A stretch of DNA of 32,000 nt from Synechocystis sp. PCC 6803 substr. PCC-P (GTDB taxonomy: Bacteria; Cyanobacteriota; Cyanobacteriia; Cyanobacteriales; Microcystaceae): NCBI RefSeq assembly GCF_000284455.1, contig NC_017039.1, positions 2,610,001 through 2,642,000 on the forward strand, in the 5' to 3' direction. Position 1 is the first letter of the stretch. Every line of letters starts with the position of its first letter. Of the stretch, positions 1 to 8,624 are shown in pieces. Made by a program: the position numbers and the translations under genes. The notes under the pieces are model-generated. The model was not told the DNA's origin, did no database searches, and was given only the letters and a program-made list of their open reading frames with translations.

Positions 1-542
1 TGCACATTGACCAAATCCCGAATTACTAGGCGGGGATCATATTCGGCACCCACTTGCAGAGGAACGGCCGCTTTGAGATATTGGCTGGGAATACCCAAAC
101 CGTAAATGCAACTGATGGAAGCTACCACAATTACATCCCGTCGTTCAAACAGAGAACGGGTGGCGGAGTGACGCAACATATCAATCTCATCGTTGATAGA
201 AGCCGTTTTTTCGATATAGGTATCGGTGACGGGAATATAGGCTTCTGGCTGGTAATAGTCGTAATAACTAATGAAGTATTCAACCGCGTTTTCGGGAAAA
301 AATTGCCGCAATTCATTACATAATTGGGCCGCCAAGGTTTTATTGTGGGCTAATACCAATGTTGGTCGTCCCAACTCCGCAATAACCGAAGCCATGGTGA
401 AGGTTTTCCCCGTTCCCGTTGCCCCCAGCAGGGTTTGAAACTTGTGCTCTCCCTGCAAAGACTCGATCAAACTGGCGATCGCCGTGGGTTGATCTCCGGT
501 AGGACGAAAGGGCGCATGGAGGGAAAAGAGGTCAGAAGTCAT
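1..542 (-). CDS. uvrB: Excinuclease ABC subunit B, N-terminal part (runs off the left edge)
   Basis: My own reverse-strand translation from the ATG at 542-540 gives [51 protein letters not shown]...[10 protein letters not shown]...[12 protein letters not shown]. This has the Walker A motif and the classic UvrB N-terminal motifs. It is absent from the ORF track because no stop falls in the window. Confidence 0.92.
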   Translation of the reverse strand, partial: MTSDLFSLHAPFRPTGDQPTAIASLIESLQGEHKFQTLLGATGTGKTFTMASVIAELGRPTLVLAHNKTLAAQLCNELRQFFPENAVEYFISYYDYYQPEAYIPVTDTYIEKTASINDEIDMLRHSATRSLFERRDVIVVASISCIYGLGIPSQYLKAAVPLQVGAEYDPRLVIRDLVNV

Positions 543-733
543 GGCGGCAAAGGAGCTATAGTCTGGGATAATAGGGCTGATTAAAGATAACTATCGTGGC
601 TGGCCATTCAGCGGTGTATCTTTGAAGACAAGCAGAGTAATGCTAACAAAACACGGTGGGTGGCCTGTCTGTCTCGCACAGTGCTTTATTGTTGATCAAT
701 TAATCGAATATTTATATTAAGGAGATAAACAGC

Positions 734-1144
734 ATGACTGAGGAACAGCAGGGGCCCAACACCACCCCCAACGAAGAAACCGCCAGCAAAACCACTGCCG
801 CTAACCGGAGCCGTCGTCCTAGAGCCGGTTCCAGCAAAGATGAGTCCGCCTTGGTGAAGCCCAAGCATATCGGTGGTCTTGATCTACTGCCTACCCCCAA
901 GGGCATGCCCACTAATCGACCGATTGAAGCCAGCAAGATCCATGTGGTAAGTACTTATGGTTCTATGGGAGCCACCAGACCAGTGGGGGCCAGCACCATG
1001 GAAGTGAGCAGTACCATGACCGTTTCCGGTAATCGCCCCATTGCCCTGAGCCATCTCCACATCAGCGAAATCACCGCTGGCAATCGTCCCGTAGCTTCCA
1101 ACGAGATTGATGATCCCAACACCCTGATGGGCTACCTGGATTAG
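734..1144 (+). CDS. Hypothetical, probably disordered protein with four degenerate [NT]RP[IV]xxS repeats
   Basis: 136-aa ORF with a strong AAGGAG Shine-Dalgarno 8 nt upstream of the ATG. The N-terminus is low-complexity Ser/Thr/Pro/Lys-rich. RP dipeptides fall at residues 62, 82, 101 and 118. Confidence 0.7.
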   Translation: MTEEQQGPNTTPNEETASKTTAANRSRRPRAGSSKDESALVKPKHIGGLDLLPTPKGMPTNRPIEASKIHVVSTYGSMGATRPVGASTMEVSSTMTVSGNRPIALSHLHISEITAGNRPVASNEIDDPNTLMGYLD

Positions 1145-1243
1145 TCTTGCGGTGGGAATTTTTGCTTTGTTCCCTTACCCTGAACTCCCATCTAGGCGAT
1201 CGCCAGGGGCATAGTTAATCAAAACAGGTCTACTAAAAATGAG

Positions 1244-1280
1244 CCTCCAGCTTCGGAAACTATGGCCGACTGGAGGTTTT
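1244..1280. terminator. Bidirectional intrinsic terminator between the convergent 734-1144 gene and psbX
   Basis: CCTCCAG (1244-1250) pairs with CTGGAGG (1270-1276), extended by an inner TCGG/CCGA pairing. TTTT follows on the + strand (1277-1280). An A-run at 1235-1239 gives a U-tract on the - strand. Confidence 0.6.
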
Positions 1281-1307
1281 CACTATCTAAATTGTCCAGG
1301 GAAAAAC

Positions 1308-1427
1308 CTAGGAACGGGTGATTTTGTCTTTTTGGCTGATGAAAATTAACCCGACGGTGGCGGGGATCAGCACAATGGCAGCCCCTAAAACCAGGCTCCA
1401 GAGAAAGTTTGCTAAAGAAGGGGTCAT
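1308..1427 (-). CDS. psbX: Photosystem II reaction centre protein X (39 aa)
   Basis: Manual translation of the - strand gives [39 protein letters not shown], a single-TM peptide I recognise as PsbX. It is below the length cut-off of the ORF track. It lies in a different frame from the listed 74-aa ORF 1219..1443. Confidence 0.9.
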
Positions 1428-1543
1428 ATCGCGTTAACCTCATTTTATAAAGACATCGCTCCCCATTCTATCGCCATCGGATGTCAAAGTTAGCCCGTTG
1501 AGGGCAGGATTGCTCCGGGGCCCAAGCCCCTAATTTTTAACCT

Positions 1544-2197
1544 ATGTCGGCTATGTCAGATTTGTCGAATAACTTGAGTTTTATTTCCCCCCCCGTTGCT
1601 TTAGGGAATATTCCCCAACCCCGCTGTTTATCCCTTGGGATAATGGCATCCGGTAGTGGTAGTAATTTTGAGGCGATCGCCAAGGCCATTAAGGAGGGAA
1701 AGTTAAATGCAGTGGTGAAACTGGTGATTTACAACAACCCTAATGCTGGGGTTAGGAAACGGGCCATGGACCATGGGGTGCCCCACCGATTACTCAACCA
1801 TCGGGACTACGACAGCCGGGAAGATTTGGATCAAGATATTGTTGAGCATTTTCGCCAAGCAGGGGTGGAATGGGTGATCATGGCCGGGTGGATGCGTATT
1901 GTCACTCCAGTACTATTAGATGCTTTTAGCCGTCGGGTGTTGAATATCCACCCCAGTTTATTGCCTAGTTTTCGAGGTGTGCGGGCTGTGGAACAGGCCT
2001 TGGCGGCGGGGGTGAAAGTGAGTGGTTGCACAGTCCATTATGCCGAAGCAACGGTGGATAGTGGCCCCATTGTGGCCCAGGCGGTAGTGCCCATTCTGGC
2101 TGATGATACGGGGGAGACTCTCCATCAACGCATTCAAGTCCAAGAACATCGCCTCTTTCCCCTGGCGATCGCCCTTGCCGCCCAGCAAAGCCCATGA
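1544..2197 (+). CDS. purN: Phosphoribosylglycinamide formyltransferase
   Basis: Contains GSGSNFEAI, NIHPSLLPSFRG and GCTVH...DSGPI, the formyltransferase motifs typical of PurN. Confidence 0.9.
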   Translation: MSAMSDLSNNLSFISPPVALGNIPQPRCLSLGIMASGSGSNFEAIAKAIKEGKLNAVVKLVIYNNPNAGVRKRAMDHGVPHRLLNHRDYDSREDLDQDIVEHFRQAGVEWVIMAGWMRIVTPVLLDAFSRRVLNIHPSLLPSFRGVRAVEQALAAGVKVSGCTVHYAEATVDSGPIVAQAVVPILADDTGETLHQRIQVQEHRLFPLAIALAAQQSP

Positions 2198-2916
2198 CTG
2201 CCCCCTATTTTTCCCTCAGCCAAGGTCACCTGCAACTGTTGAGTGTTTGTCCGCCCCAATTTCAACGGCGTTATTGGGAACAGTTGGGCGGTTTACTAGA
2301 ACCCCAGCGCCAGGTCAAAACGGAATGGGGCCAAAATTTTCACCAACTGGTTCAACAATGGACTTTGGGTTTGCCCTTGGAAACTTTAGCAGCCCAGAGC
2401 CTTGACCCCCAGGACGTTAGCCTACTGGATTCCCTAAAAAATTTAATTGCCACAGTGCCGGCGCTCCACCTCCCCCCCGGCCAAAGGCAGGCTGAACATC
2501 AACGCACCCTAGCCAGGGATGATGTTTTATTGACAGTAGTCTATGACCTGTTGGTGCTCACCCCGGAGCAGGGGGAAATTTTTGATTGGAAAACCTATCC
2601 CCAGCCGGCCAAACCGGAAAAACTCCACCACCATTGGCAGACTAAGCTTTACCTGTACGTGTTGGCAGAAACTAGTTCCTATTCCCCCGAACAGTTATCC
2701 ATGACCTATTGGTTTGTGCAGTCACCGGAAAAAATTCAGCACTATACCATTACTTACAACGAAGCTCAGCACCGGGCCACTGAAAGGGAGTTAACCGATT
2801 TGCTCCAGCAATTTCGTCAAGGATTAGCCGCTTGGCATCGACACCGTACCCCCCTGGCCCACCGACATAATTGTAACCGTTGTCCCTACCACGACCAGTT
2901 TTTTCCACCAGACTAG
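2194..2916 (+). CDS. PD-(D/E)XK nuclease superfamily protein, Cas4/RecB-like with Cys/His cluster
   Basis: N-terminal Cys (LSVCPP), VVYDLLV, IFDWKT (D-x-K), QTKLYLY (QxxxY) and C-terminal HRHNCNRCPY. The ATG overlaps the purN stop codon as ATGA. Confidence 0.65.
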   Translation: MTAPYFSLSQGHLQLLSVCPPQFQRRYWEQLGGLLEPQRQVKTEWGQNFHQLVQQWTLGLPLETLAAQSLDPQDVSLLDSLKNLIATVPALHLPPGQRQAEHQRTLARDDVLLTVVYDLLVLTPEQGEIFDWKTYPQPAKPEKLHHHWQTKLYLYVLAETSSYSPEQLSMTYWFVQSPEKIQHYTITYNEAQHRATERELTDLLQQFRQGLAAWHRHRTPLAHRHNCNRCPYHDQFFPPD

Positions 2917-2926
2917 TTATTTGCCC

Positions 2927-4426
2927 ATGACTTTTAGTGAAGAATTTGAATTACTATTGCGGGCCTGTTATCCCCTGCTCTACATTCCCACCCAGGAAGA
3001 AGAACGACTGGAAATGGCGATCGCCAGCAGTGCCCAGAGGTTGGGCAATCGCTCAGTTTACTATTGGGATTTTGTAGAAGGGTACCAGGGCAACCCCAAC
3101 GGAGCCAATGTGGGCCGCCGCAATCCCCTCCAAGCCTTGGAATTTATCGAAAAATTACCCGCCAGTAGTAATGGCATTTTTGTCCTGCGGGATTTTAATC
3201 GTTTTCTAGACGACGTTTCCATTTCCCGAAAACTACGCAACCTTGCTCGCCGTCTCAAGGCCGAAGCTAAAAATCTTGTCATTGTCGCACCCCAAATCTA
3301 CATCCCCAATGAGTTGGCCGAAATCATTACGGTGATGGATTTTCCTCTGCCCAGTAGTGCCGAAATTCAAGGAGAAATTGAACGGTTGTTGACGGGTTTG
3401 GGACAAAAAGTAGAGTCTTCCCTGCGAGATGAGTGGAGTCGCGCAGCCCAAGGTTTATCCATGGAAAGAATTCGGCGGGTGTTGGCCCGTTGCCTAGCAG
3501 ACCATGGCCAGTTGGGGGCAGACGATGTGGAATTGATGCTAGAAGAAAAACGTCAATCCATCCGCCAAACCCAAATTCTTGATTTTTATCCCGCCAGTGA
3601 ACGCATCAGCGACATTGGAGGCCTAGATAATCTCAAGGACTGGTTGCTCCGGCGGGGAGGAGCCTTTAGTGAGCAAGCCCGTCGTTACGGTTTACCTTAT
3701 CCCCGGGGTTTACTACTGGCCGGCATCCAAGGCACTGGCAAATCCCTCACCGCTAAGGCGATCGCCCACCATTGGCATTTACCGTTGTTAAGGTTGGATG
3801 TGGGCCGATTATTTGGCGGTTTGGTAGGAGAATCGGAAGCCCGCACCAGGCAGATGATCAACCTCGCGGAAGCGTTAGCCCCCTGTGTGTTTTGGATTGA
3901 CGAAATTGATAAAGCCTTTGGGAGCATGGACAGTCACGGGGATGGGGGCACCACCAGCAGAGTGTTTGGGGCTTTCATTACCTGGTTGGCGGAAAAAACT
4001 TCCCCCGTCTTTGTGGTGGCCACCGCTAACAATGTCCAGAGTCTGCCGCCGGAACTGTTGCGGAAAGGTCGCTTTGACGAAATTTTCTTTGTGGGACTGC
4101 CCAATAAAACAGAAAGGGAGGCCATTTTTTCTGTGCATCTTAACCGTTTGCGACCCCATAAAATGGCTGATTACGATATCCACCGCCTGGCCTACGAAAC
4201 CCCAGACTTTTCCGGAGCAGAAATTGAGCAAATTTTGGTGGAAGCGATGCACATTGGCTTTAGCCAGAATCGGGAATTTACCACCGATGACATTCTTTCC
4301 GCCGCGAGCCAAGTGGTGCCCTTAGCTCGCACCGCCAAAGAACAAATCCAATTTTTGCAGGAGTGGGCCGCCGCTGGTAAAGCCCGTTTAGCCTCCAGGG
4401 ACAGCGGTTTTCCCGCCATTAGTTAA
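2927..4426 (+). CDS. ycf46: Ycf46-like AAA+ ATPase
   Basis: Walker A GIQGTGKS, Walker [10 protein letters not shown], and second region of homology [24 protein letters not shown]. The long N-terminal domain is typical of cyanobacterial/plastid Ycf46. An alternative TTG start lies at 2921. Confidence 0.8.
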   Translation: MTFSEEFELLLRACYPLLYIPTQEEERLEMAIASSAQRLGNRSVYYWDFVEGYQGNPNGANVGRRNPLQALEFIEKLPASSNGIFVLRDFNRFLDDVSISRKLRNLARRLKAEAKNLVIVAPQIYIPNELAEIITVMDFPLPSSAEIQGEIERLLTGLGQKVESSLRDEWSRAAQGLSMERIRRVLARCLADHGQLGADDVELMLEEKRQSIRQTQILDFYPASERISDIGGLDNLKDWLLRRGGAFSEQARRYGLPYPRGLLLAGIQGTGKSLTAKAIAHHWHLPLLRLDVGRLFGGLVGESEARTRQMINLAEALAPCVFWIDEIDKAFGSMDSHGDGGTTSRVFGAFITWLAEKTSPVFVVATANNVQSLPPELLRKGRFDEIFFVGLPNKTEREAIFSVHLNRLRPHKMADYDIHRLAYETPDFSGAEIEQILVEAMHIGFSQNREFTTDDILSAASQVVPLARTAKEQIQFLQEWAAAGKARLASRDSGFPAIS

Positions 4427-4450
4427 CCATTCATCCCGTTATTACTTGCC

Positions 4451-5209
4451 ATGGCCAGTTCCCCCAGACCCACTGAACAAACCAAACAATTTTTTCAGCA
4501 ATGGCAAACCTATCAGCAGTTGGTTGACCACAATTACATGGCCCATCGGCAAATTCACCAGGCGGTGGGGGCTTTGATTCAACAACAGTTCGATCGCCCG
4601 TTTGATTTTTTGGACCTTGGCTGTGGGGATGCCCAGGCGATCGCCAAAACTTTGACGGGGAGTAAAATCAATTCCTATACAGGGGTAGATTTATCCCCCA
4701 ATGCCCTGGCCCTAGCCCAGAAAAATTTGGACCCTTTTCGACAGGTGGAGCTAAGGGAAACGGATTTTTTGACCTATCTGGGTGAAGCCAACCAAACCGC
4801 CCCAGCCAGCTTTGATCTGATTCACGTCGGTTTTTCTTTGCACCATCTGCTCCCAGAAGAAAAGGAACAATTTTTTGCCCATTGCTTTTCTCTGCTGCGC
4901 CCTGGGGGATGCCTAGTTATCTACGACGTTTTTCGTCAGCCCGAGCAAAATCGACAGCAGTATATTGAAGCCTATTTAGCTAAGGCCGAAAGTCAATGGA
5001 CTGCCCTTGCCCCCGACCAACTCCAGGCGATCGCTGCCCATATAAAGGAGTGCGATTTCCCCGAATTGGTGGCTACCATGGCAGAAATTGGCCAAAAAGT
5101 AGGATTTATACCACCCCAAGTCCTCTTTACTGAGCCTAGGGGTTTCCACCACTGCTTTGCCTTTGCCATTAGTCAAAGTGGAAAAGCCCTGGCCCAAGAC
5201 GGGGTGTAA
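4451..5209 (+). CDS. Class I SAM-dependent methyltransferase
   Basis: Motif I FLDLGCGDAQ, followed by GVDLS and LRPGGCLVIYD. The substrate cannot be deduced from the sequence. Confidence 0.75.
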   Translation: MASSPRPTEQTKQFFQQWQTYQQLVDHNYMAHRQIHQAVGALIQQQFDRPFDFLDLGCGDAQAIAKTLTGSKINSYTGVDLSPNALALAQKNLDPFRQVELRETDFLTYLGEANQTAPASFDLIHVGFSLHHLLPEEKEQFFAHCFSLLRPGGCLVIYDVFRQPEQNRQQYIEAYLAKAESQWTALAPDQLQAIAAHIKECDFPELVATMAEIGQKVGFIPPQVLFTEPRGFHHCFAFAISQSGKALAQDGV

Positions 5210-5266
5210 AAAGCAATTTTCCGATAATATGGGCAGAAGCTAAACAGTGCCCCAATATGGGAAGCT

Positions 5267-5716
5267 GTGGGCCGTAAACATTCAATCCGAATAATAAAGG
5301 ACTGGTTGAAGATGGAAGAACAAAAGACAGCAACTGCCGGGATTAAAACCGATGTAGGACCAATCACTACTCCCAATCCCCAAAAGTCCCCAATCACCGA
5401 CCAGGCTTGGCAGGAATGGCTACAACCGGTGTGGGAAGTGCTGGGTAAAATTCCTCAAATGACCGGGGAGTTTTTCGAGGACAACAAGCAACCCCTCATT
5501 TCCCTGGGCATAATCCTGTTGGGCATTATCAGCGTCAAAATCTTGATTGCTGTGCTCGATGCCATTAATGATATTCCTTTATTGGCACCAACTTTACAGT
5601 TGATCGGCATGGGCTACACCGCTTGGTTTATCTGGCGTTACCTTTGGAAAGCTGAAAAGCGCCAAGAGTTGGCTTCCGAATTTGGTGCACTAAAGGAGCA
5701 AATTTTTGGCGGTTAG
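5267..5716 (+). CDS. curT: CAAD-domain thylakoid membrane-curvature protein (CURT1 homologue)
   Basis: Two adjacent hydrophobic helices (LISLGIILLGIISVKILIAVL / LIGMGYTAWFIWRYLW) are followed by an amphipathic tail. This matches the CurT/CAAD family as I remember it. ATG 5312, preceded by AAGGA, may be the true start rather than GTG 5267. Confidence 0.7.
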   Translation: MGRKHSIRIIKDWLKMEEQKTATAGIKTDVGPITTPNPQKSPITDQAWQEWLQPVWEVLGKIPQMTGEFFEDNKQPLISLGIILLGIISVKILIAVLDAINDIPLLAPTLQLIGMGYTAWFIWRYLWKAEKRQELASEFGALKEQIFGG

Positions 5717-5753
5717 TGTCTCCAGACCGCCCCAGCCTCTTTTTCCTGCGCCT

Positions 5754-5787
5754 ATCCTCCGGGTTTGATGTTCGGGGGATTTTTTCT
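5754..5787 (+). terminator. Intrinsic terminator after curT
   Basis: ATCCTCCG (5754-5761) pairs with CGGGGGAT (5773-5780), with one G-U pair and an 11-nt loop. TTTTTT follows. Confidence 0.6.
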
Positions 5788-5893
5788 GGCCCATGACCAA
5801 CCGTCCCGTCCCATCGGTGTGGGATAGTTCTCCCTTCATTGGTATTCTAGGAGTTAGTTTTTCGCCATTCTTCCTCCCCTTTTTTCAGGAGCG

Positions 5894-7921
5894 ATGAGCA
5901 ACTCCCCGTCTGTTCTTACAGAGCTATTGCAGGCTTTACCCAATCTGCGGGCCCAAACCTACTTCAAGTCTTCCCTCACGGCCTTGTCCCACGCCATGGA
6001 AGACCAGGTACTAGCGGAAAGTACAGCGGGCAATCCCCTGATCATTGCGGCTTTTCAGCGGGAGAGATTTTATCGTCAAGAAGCCCACCGTTATCGACGT
6101 ATTGCCGATAAGAGCAGTCAGGTTTACGTGCTCTCCGCTCCGGAGACGGAATTTAAACACAACTCCGGCATTTACGAAACCATTGCCTTTACTCCTGAAG
6201 ACAGCCTCGCCCAGGAATGGCATTTGATTGTCATTGGCGATCGTTATGCCAGTTGTCTAATTTGTCGAGAACGACCGACCCAGGATAAATGGGATAGTAA
6301 CCGCCGTTTTGAAGGTGTTTGGACCTTTGATCGCCAGGTGAGTCGAGTTGCAGCCCAACTATTGCTACAACGGATTTTAGCCTACCGTCCAGAGTTACAA
6401 GCCAAAATCGAGGAGGCGACCCAAACCTGGCTCCAGCCTTCCTGCACTGTTCCCCCCCGGGGCATTGACGATAACCCTGATCCCTTTGTACAACGGTTAA
6501 TCACCTATCTCCAAGCTGGACAGTATAAGTTAATCAAAGCCAATCGTAATTTGCAGGACAAAGAAGAGCGGGAGAGACTGCTTAACTCCATCACAGGGGC
6601 GGTGCGACGTTCCCTTGATCCCGAGGAAATTATGCAGGTGGCGGTGGAAAAACTAGGCCAAGGTTTGGGCATTTGCCGTTGTGTGATTTACCGCTGTAGT
6701 GCTGATGATACAGTGGCGACCATTAACCATGAATTCCTCGGTAGCGGTGTTGGTTCCATCAAGGGTTATCCCTGGCCCCTCAAAGATAATCCCCTTTTTC
6801 AGGAGGTGGTGGTCCTCAAGGAGGCGATCGCCATCGACAACATCGACCGAGATCCAAGGTTAGGGGAACCGGAGCCTTCTACGGGGGAAGTGAAAACCCT
6901 GGTGAAGAGTTGTGCCATTCTGTCCTGGATGTTAGTGCCAATTTTTTATCGGGAAAGGTTGCTGGGCATGATGGAATTTCACCACTGTGGTCCTGCCCCC
7001 ACGGAGTGGGAGGACGATGCCCTTACCCTAGTGGAAGGGGTGGCCACCCAAATTGGGGTAGCACTGATCCAAGCAGAATCCTATGCCAACCTACAGGAAT
7101 TGAATGAGCAATTAGCTGCCCTAGACCGCACTCGGTCTAACCTGGTGGCCATTACAGGGCATGAACTACGCACCCCCCTTTCCACTATCCAAGTGTGTTT
7201 GGAAAGCCTGGCCACGGAGCCGGATATGCCCCAGGAATTGAGACAGGTAATGTTGAACACTGCCCTGGAAGATGCGGAGAGGATGCGCAAACTGGTGCAG
7301 GACTTTCTCACGCTATCTCAACTGGAAAGTGGACGAGTGGAATGGAACGCAGAGCCAATTTCCCTAGAAGAATGTGTGGAGCTTTCCTTGAGCCATATCC
7401 GAGCCCACAATCGGGGCCAGGAAGTACCTGTCATTGTCAATCAGGTGAATGGCGAAACTCCCATGGTGGAGGCGGACGGGGAATGGTTAGTGGAATTGTT
7501 GACCAAGCTTTTGGATAACGCCATCAAGTTTACCCCCACCAATGGTAGGATTTCCATCGCTGTCGATCGCCCGAATCCGTCCCAATTGGAAGTCACCATC
7601 ACCGATACAGGGCGAGGTATTGAGCCTAACCGCTTGGAAACCGTGTTTGACCGTTTTTACCAAGAAGAAGGAGCTTTACGCCGCAGTCGGGGGGGCACTG
7701 GCATTGGCCTGGCCATCTGTCGCCAAATTGTTAGCGGTTGGGGAGGGGAAATCTGGGCCGCTTCCGATGGCAAAAACCATGGCACCCAGTTCCATTTCAC
7801 CGTTCCTATTGTTATGCCGGAAAATCCAAATCTTGGCGTGGAAGAAGTTGCCCCGAAAAAGCGTAAAGCAACCTCCCCCCGCATTGCATCCCGGAGCAAA
7901 AAGAAACAGAAGTTTTCCTGA
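5894..7921 (+). CDS. hik26: Sensor histidine kinase with DICT-like N-terminal, GAF, HisKA and HATPase domains; no receiver domain
   Basis: H-box ITGHELRTPLSTI, N-box LLDNAIKFT, G1 DTGRGI and G2 GGTGIGLAI. A GAF-like region spans about residues 240-400. The N-terminal 180 aa resemble a DICT domain. The gene symbol is from memory of the Synechocystis map. Confidence 0.8.
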   Translation: MSNSPSVLTELLQALPNLRAQTYFKSSLTALSHAMEDQVLAESTAGNPLIIAAFQRERFYRQEAHRYRRIADKSSQVYVLSAPETEFKHNSGIYETIAFTPEDSLAQEWHLIVIGDRYASCLICRERPTQDKWDSNRRFEGVWTFDRQVSRVAAQLLLQRILAYRPELQAKIEEATQTWLQPSCTVPPRGIDDNPDPFVQRLITYLQAGQYKLIKANRNLQDKEERERLLNSITGAVRRSLDPEEIMQVAVEKLGQGLGICRCVIYRCSADDTVATINHEFLGSGVGSIKGYPWPLKDNPLFQEVVVLKEAIAIDNIDRDPRLGEPEPSTGEVKTLVKSCAILSWMLVPIFYRERLLGMMEFHHCGPAPTEWEDDALTLVEGVATQIGVALIQAESYANLQELNEQLAALDRTRSNLVAITGHELRTPLSTIQVCLESLATEPDMPQELRQVMLNTALEDAERMRKLVQDFLTLSQLESGRVEWNAEPISLEECVELSLSHIRAHNRGQEVPVIVNQVNGETPMVEADGEWLVELLTKLLDNAIKFTPTNGRISIAVDRPNPSQLEVTITDTGRGIEPNRLETVFDRFYQEEGALRRSRGGTGIGLAICRQIVSGWGGEIWAASDGKNHGTQFHFTVPIVMPENPNLGVEEVAPKKRKATSPRIASRSKKKQKFS

Positions 7922-7997
7922 TTTATCCTAAAAAATAGCCCTTACCTTTACCGAATATCTGCCATCCCCCGACGATGGCACCAGTTTTAGTCCCCGT

Positions 7998-8489
7998 ATG
8001 GAGTTTAAAAATTTTTTCGATGCTCTGCCCCTTGGTGTTTTCGTTGTCGATGCCCAGGGACGACCAGTCTATGCCAACCTCGCCGCCATTGAGCTCCTAG
8101 GCAAAGGCCTCTGGCCCGAAGCGGCGATCGACCGGTTAAACGATATTTACCAAGCCTATCAAATCGGCACAAATCAACTTTATCCCCTCACAGAACAACC
8201 TTTGCTTAGGGCTCTCCAGGGAGAATCCCATCAGGTGGATGACATGGAAATCCGCCAGGGGGGACAAATTATTCCCTTGGAGGTGACGGGAACTCCCATT
8301 TTTGATCAGCAGGGCCAACTGCAATACGCCATGGTGGTGTTAAGGGATCTACGCGATCGCCAACGGAGAAATGAACGGCAGATTGCTTTGCAACAGGATT
8401 TACTGCGGCGTAACCAGGGGCTGGTGCAAGAAAATGCCACTCTGAAGCGTAAATTAGCGATGTTGGAGGCTCGATTGGAAGCCAGTTAA
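7998..8489 (+). CDS. Stand-alone PAS-domain protein with C-terminal coiled coil
   Basis: FDALPLGVFVVDAQGRPVYAN...G.PIFD..G.LQYAMVVLRDL is a PAS-fold signature. The tail LQQDLLRRNQGLVQENATLKRKLAMLEARLE is heptad-like. Confidence 0.7.
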   Translation: MEFKNFFDALPLGVFVVDAQGRPVYANLAAIELLGKGLWPEAAIDRLNDIYQAYQIGTNQLYPLTEQPLLRALQGESHQVDDMEIRQGGQIIPLEVTGTPIFDQQGQLQYAMVVLRDLRDRQRRNERQIALQQDLLRRNQGLVQENATLKRKLAMLEARLEAS

Positions 8490-8624
8490 AACCAATGCAG
8501 TTGCAAGCCTGACAACCCAAGCCGAGCTTATGGAGTCCTTGCTATCCCCTTTGATTGGGGAAACATTAGGCCGTGCCACCGTTCTTCCTAGATAATGGCC
8601 CCTTGATCTATTGGAATCTAGCCT

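Noticed and set aside
54-323. ORFs 54..323 (+) and 131..316 (-) from the track
   Set aside because: They lie inside, and mostly antisense to, the clearly recognisable uvrB reading frame and show no protein-like motifs.
1219-1443. 74-aa ORF on the - strand
   Set aside because: It is in a different frame from the 39-codon psbX gene over the same DNA. Its translation (Arg/His/Pro-rich) looks non-coding, and psbX explains the locus.
3875-4325. 145-146-aa ORFs on both strands inside the AAA+ ATPase gene
   Set aside because: They are shadow ORFs of a strongly supported CDS and have no recognisable motifs.
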